Positions 37,280-46,672 of a stretch of DNA of 53,400 nucleotides are shown piece after piece. Origin of the DNA: Caulobacteraceae bacterium (GTDB taxonomy: Bacteria > Pseudomonadota > Alphaproteobacteria > Caulobacterales > Caulobacteraceae); NCBI GenBank assembly GCA_027483845.1, contig JAIXTR010000608.1, forward strand, positions 1 to 53,400, in the 5' to 3' direction. Made by a program: the position numbers and the translations under genes. Positions within the stretch are counted from its first letter, which is position 1. Every line of letters starts with the position of its first letter. The notes below the pieces were generated by a model that was given only the letters and a program-made list of their open reading frames with translations, was not told the origin of the DNA and searched no databases.

Positions 37280-38028
37280 GTTCGCCCCGCATCGACCACT
37301 AGGTTCTGCCCAGTGATCATCCGAGCGTCATCGGAGGCGAGGAAGAGCGCGGCGCGCGCGATATCATCGGGCGTCAACCGACCCGGCAGGGCGACCTTGC
37401 TGGCCCAATCGGCTTCGGCCTCCGGCGTCAGCCAGAGAGCGAGCTGCCGTTCGGTGACGACCCACCCTGGAGACAGGGCGTTGACACGGATCCGGTCGGG
37501 TCCCCATTCGCGAGCCAAGCCCTTGGACAGTGCATTGATCGCGCCCTTGGCCGCGACGTAGGTGGCGAGGTGGGCTGGTCCCAGCAGGGCGTTGATCGAG
37601 CTGACGTTGATGATCGCGCCGCCCCCCGCGGCCTGCATCATCGGGTAGACGGCGACGGCTGCGACAAAGGCCGGGTCGAGGTTGACAGCCAGGCCGGTTC
37701 GCCACGCTTCCACGCTGGTGTCGACAGCATCACGGCGGGTGTCGTCGGCGACGTTGTTGATCAGAACGGAGATGGGTCCCAGCGCCGCGGCGGCGGCGGC
37801 CACCTGATGCTCGAGGTCATGCGCGTTCGTCACGTCGCAACGCCCGAACCAGCTGCCGGCCAGCTCGCGGGTCAACGCCTGGCCCGCGTCTGCCTGACGG
37901 TCCACGAAGGCGACCCGAGAGCCCTGGGCATGAAACTGCCGGACAAAGCTGGCGCCGATGCCGGTGGCGCCGCCCGTAACGAACACCACTCGATCCTTCA
38001 GGCTGGGGTGCGCTGCAAACGTCATCAA
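37276..38028 (-). CDS. SDR aldose 1-dehydrogenase, probably D-galactose dehydrogenase
   Basis: PSLKDRVVFVTGGATGIG, NNVADDTR, YVAAK, PGWVVTERQ..LW (XylB-type SDR); substrate inferred from dgoK/dgoA context. Confidence 0.8.
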   Translation of the reverse strand: MMTFAAHPSLKDRVVFVTGGATGIGASFVRQFHAQGSRVAFVDRQADAGQALTRELAGSWFGRCDVTNAHDLEHQVAAAAAALGPISVLINNVADDTRRDAVDTSVEAWRTGLAVNLDPAFVAAVAVYPMMQAAGGGAIINVSSINALLGPAHLATYVAAKGAINALSKGLAREWGPDRIRVNALSPGWVVTERQLALWLTPEAEADWASKVALPGRLTPDDIARAALFLASDDARMITGQNLVVDAGRT

Positions 38029-39749
38029 TGAGATTCACGCGTGACGTCGGAGGTGGACTTGCCCACCAGGAAGTCGAGGTCGGCCCCGCGGTCGGCTTGC
38101 AGCACCGTGTCGATGTAGAGCCGGTACCAGCCGCGCGTGAACGCCGTGGGTTGGCGGACGGCCTCCCGGGCTTGGCGGCGAAGCGCCAATTCCGCATCGT
38201 CCACGAGAAGGTCGAGCGTCCGCCCCGGGCCGTCCAGCACGATCTCGTCGCCATCCAGAACCAGACCAAGGACGCCTCCAGCCTCGGCCTCGGGCGAGAC
38301 GTGTAGGATCACCGTCCCATAGGCGGTGCCGCTCATGCGGGCGTCCGAGATGCGGACCATGTCGCGCACGCCTTGCTGTAGCAGCTTGGGTGGCAGGGCC
38401 ATATTGCCGACCTCGGGCATGCCAGGATAACCCTTTGGGCCGCAGCCCTTGAGCACCAGGATGGAGGTCTCGTCGACTATTAGGTCAGGATCGTCGATGC
38501 GGGCGTGATAGTCCTCGATGGTCTCGAAGACGACCGCGCGGCCGCGATGGGTGAGGAGGTCCGACGTCGCCGCGCTCGGCTTGAGGATCGCACCGTCCGG
38601 GCACAGGTTGCCGCGCAGGACCCAGACGCCAGACGACGGTCCGAAGGGCGCCTGACGCGTGGCGATGACGTCGCGGTTCCAGACCTCAGCGCTCGCAGCG
38701 ATCTCGCCCTGAGTGTGGCCACTGACCGTCACCGCTTGGCGTCGGAAAACCGCGCCCAGCTCCTTCATCACGGCGGGGCAACCACCCGCGTAGCAGAAGT
38801 CCTCCATCAGGTACTTGCCGGACGGCATCAGATTGACCAGCAGGGGGCTCTCGCGGCCGATACGGTCGAAATCCTCTAGGACCAGGTCCACGCCGACGCG
38901 CCCCGCCAGCGCCAGCAAATGCACCACGGCGTTCGTGGAGCCGCCGATCGCGGCGTGCATGAGGATGGCGTTCTCGAACGCCTCCCGGGTCAGGATGTCC
39001 GAGGGTTTAATGTCGTCCTTCACCAACTGGACGATCCGGGCGCCCGTCAGATGCGCCAGCACCTTGCGCCGCGAGTCCACGCCCGGCAGTGCGGCGTTGT
39101 TGGGCAGGCTCATGCCCAGAGCCTCGACCAGGCTGGCCATGGTCGAGGCCGTGCCCATGGTATTGCAGACCCCCGCGCTGCGGCTCATGCCAGACTCCGC
39201 CGACATGAAGTCTCTGAGGGTCATCTCCCCAGCTCGCACAGCTTCGGAAAAGCGCCACACGTCGGTCCCTGACCCGATGTCTCGGCCCTGGAACTTCCCG
39301 TTCAGCATCGGACCGGAGGACACCACCATGGCCGGCAGGTCTGCGCTTGCGGCTCCCATCAGCTGCCCTGGTGTGGTCTTGTCGCACCCGCCCAGCAGAA
39401 CCACGCCGTCGATGGGATTGGCGCGGATCGACTCCTCCACCTCCATGGCCAGAAGGTTGCGGAACAGCATTGCGGTCGGCCGCATCTGCGTTTCCGGCAG
39501 CGACATGGCTGGGAACTCGATCGGCACCCCGCCCGCCTCCCAGACGCCTCGCTTCACGTACTCGGCGAGATCACGCAGGTGGACTTGGCAGGTGACCAGT
39601 TCCGACCATGTGTTGCAGATTCCGATGATCGGCCGGCCGTCGAAGACATGGTCAGGAAGGCCCGTTCCCTTGATCCAGCTGCGGTGGATGAAACCGTCGC
39701 GGTCGAGCTTGCCGTAGCTCTTCCAGCTGCGCGGCGTGCTGTCGGCCAT
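38025..39749 (-). CDS. IlvD/Edd-family sugar-acid dehydratase (L-arabinonate/D-galactonate type)
   Basis: DRDGFIHRSW, GICNTWSEL, GCDKT, CNTMGTASTM, GGSTN, DARMSGTAYG, RESH terminus. Confidence 0.92.
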   Translation of the reverse strand: MADSTPRSWKSYGKLDRDGFIHRSWIKGTGLPDHVFDGRPIIGICNTWSELVTCQVHLRDLAEYVKRGVWEAGGVPIEFPAMSLPETQMRPTAMLFRNLLAMEVEESIRANPIDGVVLLGGCDKTTPGQLMGAASADLPAMVVSSGPMLNGKFQGRDIGSGTDVWRFSEAVRAGEMTLRDFMSAESGMSRSAGVCNTMGTASTMASLVEALGMSLPNNAALPGVDSRRKVLAHLTGARIVQLVKDDIKPSDILTREAFENAILMHAAIGGSTNAVVHLLALAGRVGVDLVLEDFDRIGRESPLLVNLMPSGKYLMEDFCYAGGCPAVMKELGAVFRRQAVTVSGHTQGEIAASAEVWNRDVIATRQAPFGPSSGVWVLRGNLCPDGAILKPSAATSDLLTHRGRAVVFETIEDYHARIDDPDLIVDETSILVLKGCGPKGYPGMPEVGNMALPPKLLQQGVRDMVRISDARMSGTAYGTVILHVSPEAEAGGVLGLVLDGDEIVLDGPGRTLDLLVDDAELALRRQAREAVRQPTAFTRGWYRLYIDTVLQADRGADLDFLVGKSTSDVTRESH

Positions 39750-39803
39750 GCGCCAACCTCTGGTTCTCAACTCCCGCGCTAAACCCGCCAGCCGGCCGAT
39801 GGT

Positions 39804-40652
39804 TCATCCCGCAAACAATGGTATGTGCAGGCCGGGAATTCCGGGTTCGAAGGCGAACAGGGCGCCCGCGAGGGGTTGACGCGTTCGGGCGACGTCCGTC
39901 AGGCCCTGCCAGGCGCTGGTGATATAGAGGGTCGCCAGGTCCGGACCTCCGAACGCGCAGGCTGTCGGCTGTTCGACCGGAAGATGGATCAATCGGTCCA
40001 AGGTCCCGTCAGGTCTATAGCGCACCAGCCGGCCGCCACCCCATTCCGCATTCCAAAGCCCGCCTTCGCGATCCGTCGCGGCGCCATCGGGCTCGGCGGC
40101 GCCTTGGGTTCGGGCGAAGATCCTACGGCGGGTCAAGTCCGCCGTGTCGTAGGCGAACAGCGTCTGCTGCTTGGAATCCGCCAGGTACAGCGTCCCGCCA
40201 TCGGGACTGAAGGCCGTGGCGTTGGCGATGTGGATGCCGCCTAGAGTCTCAACCGTCTCTAGGTCCGGCCCGGTGACATGAACCGAACCCGGCTGGCGTC
40301 CGCCGTTGTCGTCCATCGTGCTCCACCAGAATCGGCCGCGCTGATCGGTCTTGCCGTCGTTGGTGCGAAACCCCGGTGGGAAGGTCATCGGGCGGACCAG
40401 ATCGACAGCCTTGGAGGCCGGGTCGTAGGTCGCCAATCCCGCGTCGGTGGCCATCAGCAAGCCGCCCCTGGCTCTGGCGGCCGCCGCACTGGCGCGGAAG
40501 GGCAGGGCCTGTTCGCTGCAGGTCCCGTCGTGGTCCAGCCAGTGGAGCCGACGACCCTGGATGTCGAACCAATAGAGGCGATCTTCGGCGGCGTTCCAGC
40601 AAGGGCCCTCGCCGAGCCGGTCCTGGGCCTCCACCACAAGTCGCACCGGCAT
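39804..40652 (-). CDS. SMP-30/gluconolactonase-family sugar lactonase
   Basis: LGEGPCW, RTNDG, IANATAFSPDG, PDG..D.EG.LWNA, CAFGG. Confidence 0.92.
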   Translation of the reverse strand: MPVRLVVEAQDRLGEGPCWNAAEDRLYWFDIQGRRLHWLDHDGTCSEQALPFRASAAAARARGGLLMATDAGLATYDPASKAVDLVRPMTFPPGFRTNDGKTDQRGRFWWSTMDDNGGRQPGSVHVTGPDLETVETLGGIHIANATAFSPDGGTLYLADSKQQTLFAYDTADLTRRRIFARTQGAAEPDGAATDREGGLWNAEWGGGRLVRYRPDGTLDRLIHLPVEQPTACAFGGPDLATLYITSAWQGLTDVARTRQPLAGALFAFEPGIPGLHIPLFAG

Positions 40653-40694
40653 CGAAAGGTCCCTTGCGACAATATGCCAGCGCGAGGGTGCGAC

Positions 40695-40720
40695 AACTCG
40701 CCAGCCAATGTTTTAGTTCC
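40695..40720 (-). promoter_or_regulatory. EcfG/sigmaT-like promoter for the lactonase-dehydratase-SDR-dgoKA operon
   Basis: Minus strand GGAAC-N17-AGTT. Confidence 0.55.
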
Positions 40721-40771
40721 GTTCAGGATCCCCGCGGCAATACTCTTCGCGAAGATTCGGGAGGGGTCCCA

Positions 40772-41005
40772 ATGCTGTCGAGCTATTCTGATGTGTTCGC
40801 CATCGAGCACGATCGTCAACACCACGAGATTATCGAGCCCGGCGACCTAGTACGGACAGGCGTCAACCTCTTTCCGCATTTTCGCGTAGTCGCGGTGCAC
40901 GGCGACAAGGCCTGGGTGCGAAACGTCGCCAACGGCGCCGACAGCCTCGCGCTCGTGTCACGCTGTCGAAAAGTCAGCGACCAAGCCCTGATGGCCGCGG
41001 AGTAA
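40772..41005 (+). CDS. Small hypothetical protein (77 aa), SH3/KOW-like
   Basis: GGAGG RBS; IEPGDLVRTG..FRVVAVHGDKAWVRN beta-strand pattern. Confidence 0.65.
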   Translation: MLSSYSDVFAIEHDRQHHEIIEPGDLVRTGVNLFPHFRVVAVHGDKAWVRNVANGADSLALVSRCRKVSDQALMAAE

Positions 41006-41022
41006 AGATCGCGCGTCGCGAC

Positions 41023-41047
41023 TGAACCGGTCGCTGGGTCCAGAGTT
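41023..41047 (+). promoter_or_regulatory. EcfG/sigmaT-like promoter
   Basis: TGAAC-N17-GTT upstream of the GH1 gene. Confidence 0.5.
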
Positions 41048-41103
41048 CTATCCCGATATCCGTCGTAGGCGGCGGAGCGGGAGGACGCGCCATTTCAGCC
41101 TTC

Positions 41104-42396
41104 ATGTTCGCCACGGGAATCGAGAACTCGATACCTCGTATCCAGAACGGCCGGATCCGCGTGGACCAGATGGAGGCCTGCGGCCACTATCGTCAGTGGT
41201 CTCGAGACTTCGACCTGGTGGAGGACCTGGGGCTCGGGTACCTCCGGTACGGCCCGCCGCTCCACACCACCCTATTGGGCCCAGGTCGCTACGATTGGGA
41301 ATTCGCGGATGTGACGTTCGCGGATCTCAAGCGGCGCAACATCATCCCCATCGTCGATCTCTGCCATTTCGGCGTGCCGGACTGGCTGGGCGACTTCCAG
41401 AATCCCGACTTTCCGGAGCAGTTTCGGCGCTACGCCGGGGCGTTCGCCCGGCGGTTTCCCTGGGTGCAGCTCTACACGCCGGTCAACGAGATGTTCATCT
41501 GCGCCCAATTCTCGGCGAAGTATGGCTGGTGGAACGAGCAAGGCTCCACGGATCGCACCTTCGTCACCGCGCTCAAGCACATCGTGAAGGCGAACGTTCT
41601 GGCGATGCAGGAGATTCTTGCCGCTCGGCCGGACGCCATCTTCATTCAGAGCGAGTCCTCGGAGTATTTCCATGCCGAGAACCCCGCCGCGATAAAGCCG
41701 GCCGAGGTCGAAAACTCGAAGCGGTTCCTGTCGCTGGACCTGAACTATGGCCACAGAGTCGATTCGGAGATGTACGAGTACCTGCTCGACAACGGCATGA
41801 CGCAGGCGGAGTACCACTTCTTCCTGGGTAACTCGCTTCGTCACCACTGCATCCTCGGCAACGACTACTACTGGACCAACGAGCATCGGGTGGCGGCCGA
41901 CGGCGGCACCCGGGCCTCTGGCGAGATCTTCGGCTATTCGGAGATCACCCGGCAGTATTACGCCCGCTACCGTCTCCCGGTGATGCACACCGAAACCAAC
42001 AGTGCGGAGGGGCCCAATGGGGACGAGGCGGTCAACTGGCTCTGGAAGGAATGGGCCAACGTCCTTCGGGTGCGCAATGACGGCGTCCCCACGGTCGGGT
42101 TCACCTGGTACTCGCTGACCGATCAGGTGGACTGGGACGTCGGCTTGCGGGAGCAGAACAATCGCATCCATCCCGTGGGCCTCTACGACATGAACCGCGA
42201 GATCCGGCCCGTGGGCCGCTCGTACAAGCAACTGATCCGCGACTGGGGCGAGGTGCTGCCGACGCAGAGCATCTGCCTCTCCGTCCCCGTGGTCCCGCCC
42301 GCCGAGTTCGACGAGCGATCGTCCGCAAGGCGCCGAGACGACGCCCGCCGGCTGAGGTCGGTGGAACTGAGCAACGGCGCGGAACAGATCGACTGA
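41104..42396 (+). CDS. GH1-like glycoside hydrolase, cytoplasmic
   Basis: FATGIENS, LRYG, LCHFG, YTPVNE (acid/base), MHTETN (nucleophile), FTWYSLTDQVDW; no signal peptide. Confidence 0.9.
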   Translation: MFATGIENSIPRIQNGRIRVDQMEACGHYRQWSRDFDLVEDLGLGYLRYGPPLHTTLLGPGRYDWEFADVTFADLKRRNIIPIVDLCHFGVPDWLGDFQNPDFPEQFRRYAGAFARRFPWVQLYTPVNEMFICAQFSAKYGWWNEQGSTDRTFVTALKHIVKANVLAMQEILAARPDAIFIQSESSEYFHAENPAAIKPAEVENSKRFLSLDLNYGHRVDSEMYEYLLDNGMTQAEYHFFLGNSLRHHCILGNDYYWTNEHRVAADGGTRASGEIFGYSEITRQYYARYRLPVMHTETNSAEGPNGDEAVNWLWKEWANVLRVRNDGVPTVGFTWYSLTDQVDWDVGLREQNNRIHPVGLYDMNREIRPVGRSYKQLIRDWGEVLPTQSICLSVPVVPPAEFDERSSARRRDDARRLRSVELSNGAEQID

Positions 42397-42398
42397 GA

Positions 42399-43478
42399 AT
42401 GGTCGAGCCGATCCGCATCGGCGGCTCCCCCCTGGTGGTCTTGCGGGCCCCCGCCCGCGCCGATCGCCCCGCGTTCATTGAAGCCACTGTCGCGCCGGGC
42501 CGTGGCTTCATGCTTCTGCAGGCAAAGCTTGCGCTGCCTTCGGGCCACGTTGTCGATGTCCTTGAGGCGCCCGCTCCCAATGAGGCCGCAGAGGCGCTGA
42601 ACGGTGGCGAGGCGGACTTCGCCGGCAACGCGGCCTTCGCCTTCGGGGGCGCCCTGCTCGCGCCCTTCGCCAACCGCATTCGCGGACGGCCGCTGGCGTC
42701 GTCGCGGGAGATCGAGACCCTGATCGACGGGATGCCGGCTCGCCTTCCGCGCAACTGGGGAGGTCGCGCCCCGGGCGCGGAAACCTACGCCATGCACGGC
42801 CTTATCCTGATGGCGCCGGTGACCTTCATCCAGACGACGCCAGGTTCGGTGGTTGGCCGGCTCTCCGCCGACAGCTTCGCGGGGCGCTGGCCGGGGCGGG
42901 CGGATATGTCTTTCGCCTGGAGCCTTGCCGGGGGCGCATTGAGGCTGCGGGTCGACGCGATCAGTCGAGGCCCGGATGACCTACCAATAGGCCTGGGCTG
43001 GCACCCTTACTTCCGGATCCCGAGCGGACAGCGCGGCCAGGCGCGGCTTCGCGTGCCGGCGGCGCGACGGGTGGCGGTCAACAACTACGACGAGGTCCTG
43101 CCGACCGGCGAGTTGCTCGACCTCACGGACACGCCTCATGACTTCCGGAGCCGCGGAGGGAAGGCGCTCGGCGACATCTACCTCGATGATTGCTTCACGG
43201 ATCTGAAGGCTGTGCGAGGCGTGGCGACGGCGGAACTGTTTGACCCCGAAGCGGGCCTGGTCCTCGGCGTCGCCGCTCGGGCGCCGCCGGTCCGGGCGAT
43301 TCAGATCTACGCGCCTCCAGACAAGGCCTTTGTCGTGATCGAGCCTCAGTTCAATCTCGCGGATCCCTACGGCGCCCAGTGGCCGCCAGGGCAGGAGACT
43401 GGGATGTTGCGCCTGCCGCCGGGAAGCTCGGCTCGGTACGACGTCCGCGTGACCGCACGACGTCTCGAACAGCAATAG
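42399..43478 (+). CDS. Aldose 1-epimerase (mutarotase) family
   Basis: PFANRI, MHG, GWHPYF, LPTG, LDDCF, IEPQ. Confidence 0.87.
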   Translation: MVEPIRIGGSPLVVLRAPARADRPAFIEATVAPGRGFMLLQAKLALPSGHVVDVLEAPAPNEAAEALNGGEADFAGNAAFAFGGALLAPFANRIRGRPLASSREIETLIDGMPARLPRNWGGRAPGAETYAMHGLILMAPVTFIQTTPGSVVGRLSADSFAGRWPGRADMSFAWSLAGGALRLRVDAISRGPDDLPIGLGWHPYFRIPSGQRGQARLRVPAARRVAVNNYDEVLPTGELLDLTDTPHDFRSRGGKALGDIYLDDCFTDLKAVRGVATAELFDPEAGLVLGVAARAPPVRAIQIYAPPDKAFVVIEPQFNLADPYGAQWPPGQETGMLRLPPGSSARYDVRVTARRLEQQ

Positions 43479-43526
43479 CTATATCGCCAAACAAGGGGAG
43501 CGCGCGGGACGTCGTGGCGCCAATCG

Positions 43527-43736
43527 TCAATCTGCGCTTCCGCGTTGCGCCGGCCCCCTGACCTTCGAGACGCCGCACAGCGCCGCATCGGTCAAGACCC
43601 GTATGACGCAGGCCGCCGCGATCGCGCGCGTGGGGGCCTCGCCCCTGCGGCTCGACCCCTTGGACGTGACGGCGCGCCATGTCCAACCCTCGGGCCCAGG
43701 ACGAATGTCGAACGAAAACGCGTGGATATCGGACAC
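43527..43736 (-). CDS. Small hypothetical protein (69 aa)
   Basis: GTG start; a perfect EcfG promoter lies upstream; WTWR..GEAPTRAIAAACVIR. Confidence 0.6.
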   Translation of the reverse strand: MSDIHAFSFDIRPGPEGWTWRAVTSKGSSRRGEAPTRAIAAACVIRVLTDAALCGVSKVRGPAQRGSAD

Positions 43737-43763
43737 TGGACCAACCTTCGTATGGCCGCAGCT

Positions 43764-43788
43764 AACGAACGCCGCCCGCGGGCGTTCC
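43764..43788 (-). promoter_or_regulatory. EcfG/sigmaT promoter, perfect consensus
   Basis: Minus strand GGAAC-GCCCGCGGGCGGCGTT-CGTT (N16). Confidence 0.75.
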
Positions 43789-43853
43789 TCGCCGCCTCAA
43801 TTGACCGTGCGGGGGCTGGGTTGCGGCGAGCACCTTCACATAAGACAGCCCCG

Positions 43854-43878
43854 CGAACCGCGCGCCCAGCCCATCGTT
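43854..43878 (+). promoter_or_regulatory. EcfG/sigmaT-like promoter of the cyanophycin operon
   Basis: CGAAC-N16-CGTT ending 28 bp before ATG 43907, which has a GGAG RBS. Confidence 0.65.
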
Positions 43879-43906
43879 GAGCCCCCGTCGAACTCGGGAG
43901 CGGGTC

Positions 43907-46672
43907 ATGGATCGGGATATGGACCTAAAGGGATGCGAGGGGCTCCAGAGCTGGTCCGCGCCCCGGACGGAGGAGCCCCGCGGGCGTCCGATGCGGCTGT
44001 TGGCGGTGAACGCCTATCGCGGACCGCATCTCTACAGCGCGACCCCGATGATCCGGCTGCAGCTGGATCTGGCGGACCTGGAATCGTTTCCGACCGATCG
44101 GTTGCCGGGTTTCGTCCACCGGCTGGGTTCGCTGCTGCCCGGCCTCCTCCATCACGGGTGCGGCAATCGAGACGCAGGCGGGTTCGCACGTCGGCTGACG
44201 GACGGCACCTGGCTCGGCCATGTCACGGAACATGTGGCGCTGGAGCTGCAGACCCTGGCCGGCCACCCCGTGGCGCGCGGCAAGACTCGGGCCCAGAAGG
44301 ATCGCCCCGGGGTCTACAATGTGATGTTCGCCTACCAGGATGAGGCGGTGGGGCGGCTAGCCGGCGAAATGGCGCTCCGCCTGGTGGACAGCCTGCTTCC
44401 AGCGGGCTTGCGGGGGGTCACGGGTCTCCCTCCAGCGGCCGGGCCCTTCATACTGGAGGCGGCGCAAGCCACGCTTGCCGCCGCTGTCCGCCGCGCCGCG
44501 CTGGGACCGACGACGGCCGCCCTGGTGGAGGCTGCCCGGCGGCGGGGAATTCCGGTCGCACGCTTGAACGAACAAAGCCTCGTGCGGTTGGGCTGGGGCT
44601 CGCGGCAGCAACTTATCCGCGCCTCGGTGACGGGGGGCACGTCCCTGATGGCGGCGGAAGCCGCGGGGGACAAGGCTTTTGCCAAGCGCCTGCTCGCCGA
44701 GGCCGGTATCCCGGTTCCCCGCGGCGAGGTCGTGCGTACGGCTGACGCGGCCGCCGCCGCGGCGGCGCGGATCGACGGGCCCGTGGTCACCAAGCCGCTG
44801 GACGGCAACCATGGGCGGGGCGTGAACCTCAATCTGCGCGATCCCGATGCCGTCGCCTGGGGTTTCCAACAGGCCGCCCAGCACGGTCGCCGGGTGATCG
44901 TCGAAGAGCAGTATGAGGGGCGCGATTACAGAATTCTCGTGGTCGACCGAAAGGTCGTCGCCGTGGCCGAGAGGCGGCCAGCCGCCGTCGTGGGCGATGG
45001 CCGCCAGACGATCGCCGAGCTGGTGGAGACGGTGAACCGCGATCCTCGACGCGGCCAGGGTCACGAGGCGGTGATGACGCGCATCACCCTCGACGACCAT
45101 GCCCGCGCCCATCTCGCCGGCCAAGGCCTGACGGTCGACACCGTGCCAGCGCAGGGCGCCGAGGTGATCCTGCGCACCACGGCCAACCTGTCGACCGGCG
45201 GCCTCGCGATAGATCGGACCGATGAGATCCATCCCGACAACGCCGCCATCGCCCGGCGCGCCGCCGCGATCATCGGTCTCGACGTTGCCGGCATCGACTT
45301 CCTGGCGCCGGACATTGCGCGCTCGGTCCGGGAGACAGGCGGCGGCATCGTTGAGGTCAATGCGGCGCCGGGTTTCCGGATGCATCTGGCGCCGTCGATC
45401 GGCGCGGGCCGCGACGTCGCGGGCCCCGTCATAGACATGCTCTTCCCGAAAGGGCGTCCCGCCCGAATTCCGGTGGTGGCCATCACCGGCACCAACGGAA
45501 AGTCGACCACCGTGCGGATGGTCGAGCAGATCCTCGCACGTCGAGGCTCCACGGTCGGCTTCACCACCACCTCAGGTGTCTATATCGGCGCCGAGCGGAT
45601 TCTGAAGGCCGACGCCAGCGGTCCAGTAAGCGCCCGGATGGTCCTGGCCGACCCGACCGTCGAGGTGGCTGTGCTTGAGACGGCGCGGGGCGGCATCCTG
45701 CGCGAAGGCCTTGGGTTCGACCGCTGCGACGTGGGGTGCGTGCTCAACATCAGCGACGACCACTTGGGCCTGAAAGGCGTGGTCACTCTGGAAGACCTCG
45801 CGGCCGTAAAGTCGGTGGTGACGGAGTCCGTGTCGCGACGCGGGGTCAGCGTTCTCAACGCCGACGATCCGCTCACCCGCCGCATGGCGCGTCACGCGGG
45901 CGGACGGATCGGCTACTTCTCGATGCAGGATGACGCGGAATGTCGGGCTTTCGTCGCGGCGCATGTGGCGCAAGGCGGGCTGGCGGCCGTTCTGGAGCGC
46001 ACATCAGCTGGTGAGCAGTTGGTGCTTCTGGACGGCCCCCGGCAGATGCGCGTGGCGCTGGTGTGCGCTGTGCCCTCGACGTTGGCAGGGCAGGCGCGCT
46101 TCAACATCGCCAATGCGCTGGCGGCGATCCTCATCGCTTACGGACTGGGAACTCCAGTGGATACCATCGCTGCGGGGCTGGGGGCCTTCCAATCGTCGTT
46201 CGCCGACAATCCAGGCCGACTGAACGTCCACGACGCCCACGGCTTCCGCGTCATCGTCGACTACGCCCATAATCCGGCCGGCATCGCTGCGCTCGGGAAG
46301 CTGGTGCGCAGCCTGCGGCCCAGCCATGGACGCGCCATCGGCTGCGTCAGTATTCCCGGTGACCGGAGGGACGGCGACATCTTGGCCATGGGCGCGGCGG
46401 CCGCGGAGCTCTTTGACGACATCGTCTTCCGCGAAAAGCCGGATGGTCGCGGGCGCAGACCGGGGGAGGTCATCGGGCTGCTGCGGCAAGGCGCGCTGGA
46501 GGCCGGTTGTTCCCCCGCGCGCATCCAGGGGCTGCCTCTGGAAACCGACGCCATCGCCGCCTGTCTCGAGCGTGCGCGTGCCGGTGACCTCGTGGTGCTG
46601 CTGCCCACCGACGTCGAGGCTGCGTGGGCGCAGGTGCTCGCCTTCCAGTCGGGAGTGCGTTCGGATGCGTGA
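43907..46672 (+). CDS. cphA: Cyanophycin synthetase CphA1
   Basis: N domain with Cx19HxxEH, ATP-grasp (KPLDGNHGRGV, NLSTGG, EVNAAPG), Mur-ligase domain (ITGTNGKSTT, ETARGG, DYAHN). Confidence 0.96.
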   Translation: MDRDMDLKGCEGLQSWSAPRTEEPRGRPMRLLAVNAYRGPHLYSATPMIRLQLDLADLESFPTDRLPGFVHRLGSLLPGLLHHGCGNRDAGGFARRLTDGTWLGHVTEHVALELQTLAGHPVARGKTRAQKDRPGVYNVMFAYQDEAVGRLAGEMALRLVDSLLPAGLRGVTGLPPAAGPFILEAAQATLAAAVRRAALGPTTAALVEAARRRGIPVARLNEQSLVRLGWGSRQQLIRASVTGGTSLMAAEAAGDKAFAKRLLAEAGIPVPRGEVVRTADAAAAAAARIDGPVVTKPLDGNHGRGVNLNLRDPDAVAWGFQQAAQHGRRVIVEEQYEGRDYRILVVDRKVVAVAERRPAAVVGDGRQTIAELVETVNRDPRRGQGHEAVMTRITLDDHARAHLAGQGLTVDTVPAQGAEVILRTTANLSTGGLAIDRTDEIHPDNAAIARRAAAIIGLDVAGIDFLAPDIARSVRETGGGIVEVNAAPGFRMHLAPSIGAGRDVAGPVIDMLFPKGRPARIPVVAITGTNGKSTTVRMVEQILARRGSTVGFTTTSGVYIGAERILKADASGPVSARMVLADPTVEVAVLETARGGILREGLGFDRCDVGCVLNISDDHLGLKGVVTLEDLAAVKSVVTESVSRRGVSVLNADDPLTRRMARHAGGRIGYFSMQDDAECRAFVAAHVAQGGLAAVLERTSAGEQLVLLDGPRQMRVALVCAVPSTLAGQARFNIANALAAILIAYGLGTPVDTIAAGLGAFQSSFADNPGRLNVHDAHGFRVIVDYAHNPAGIAALGKLVRSLRPSHGRAIGCVSIPGDRRDGDILAMGAAAAELFDDIVFREKPDGRGRRPGEVIGLLRQGALEAGCSPARIQGLPLETDAIAACLERARAGDLVVLLPTDVEAAWAQVLAFQSGVRSDA

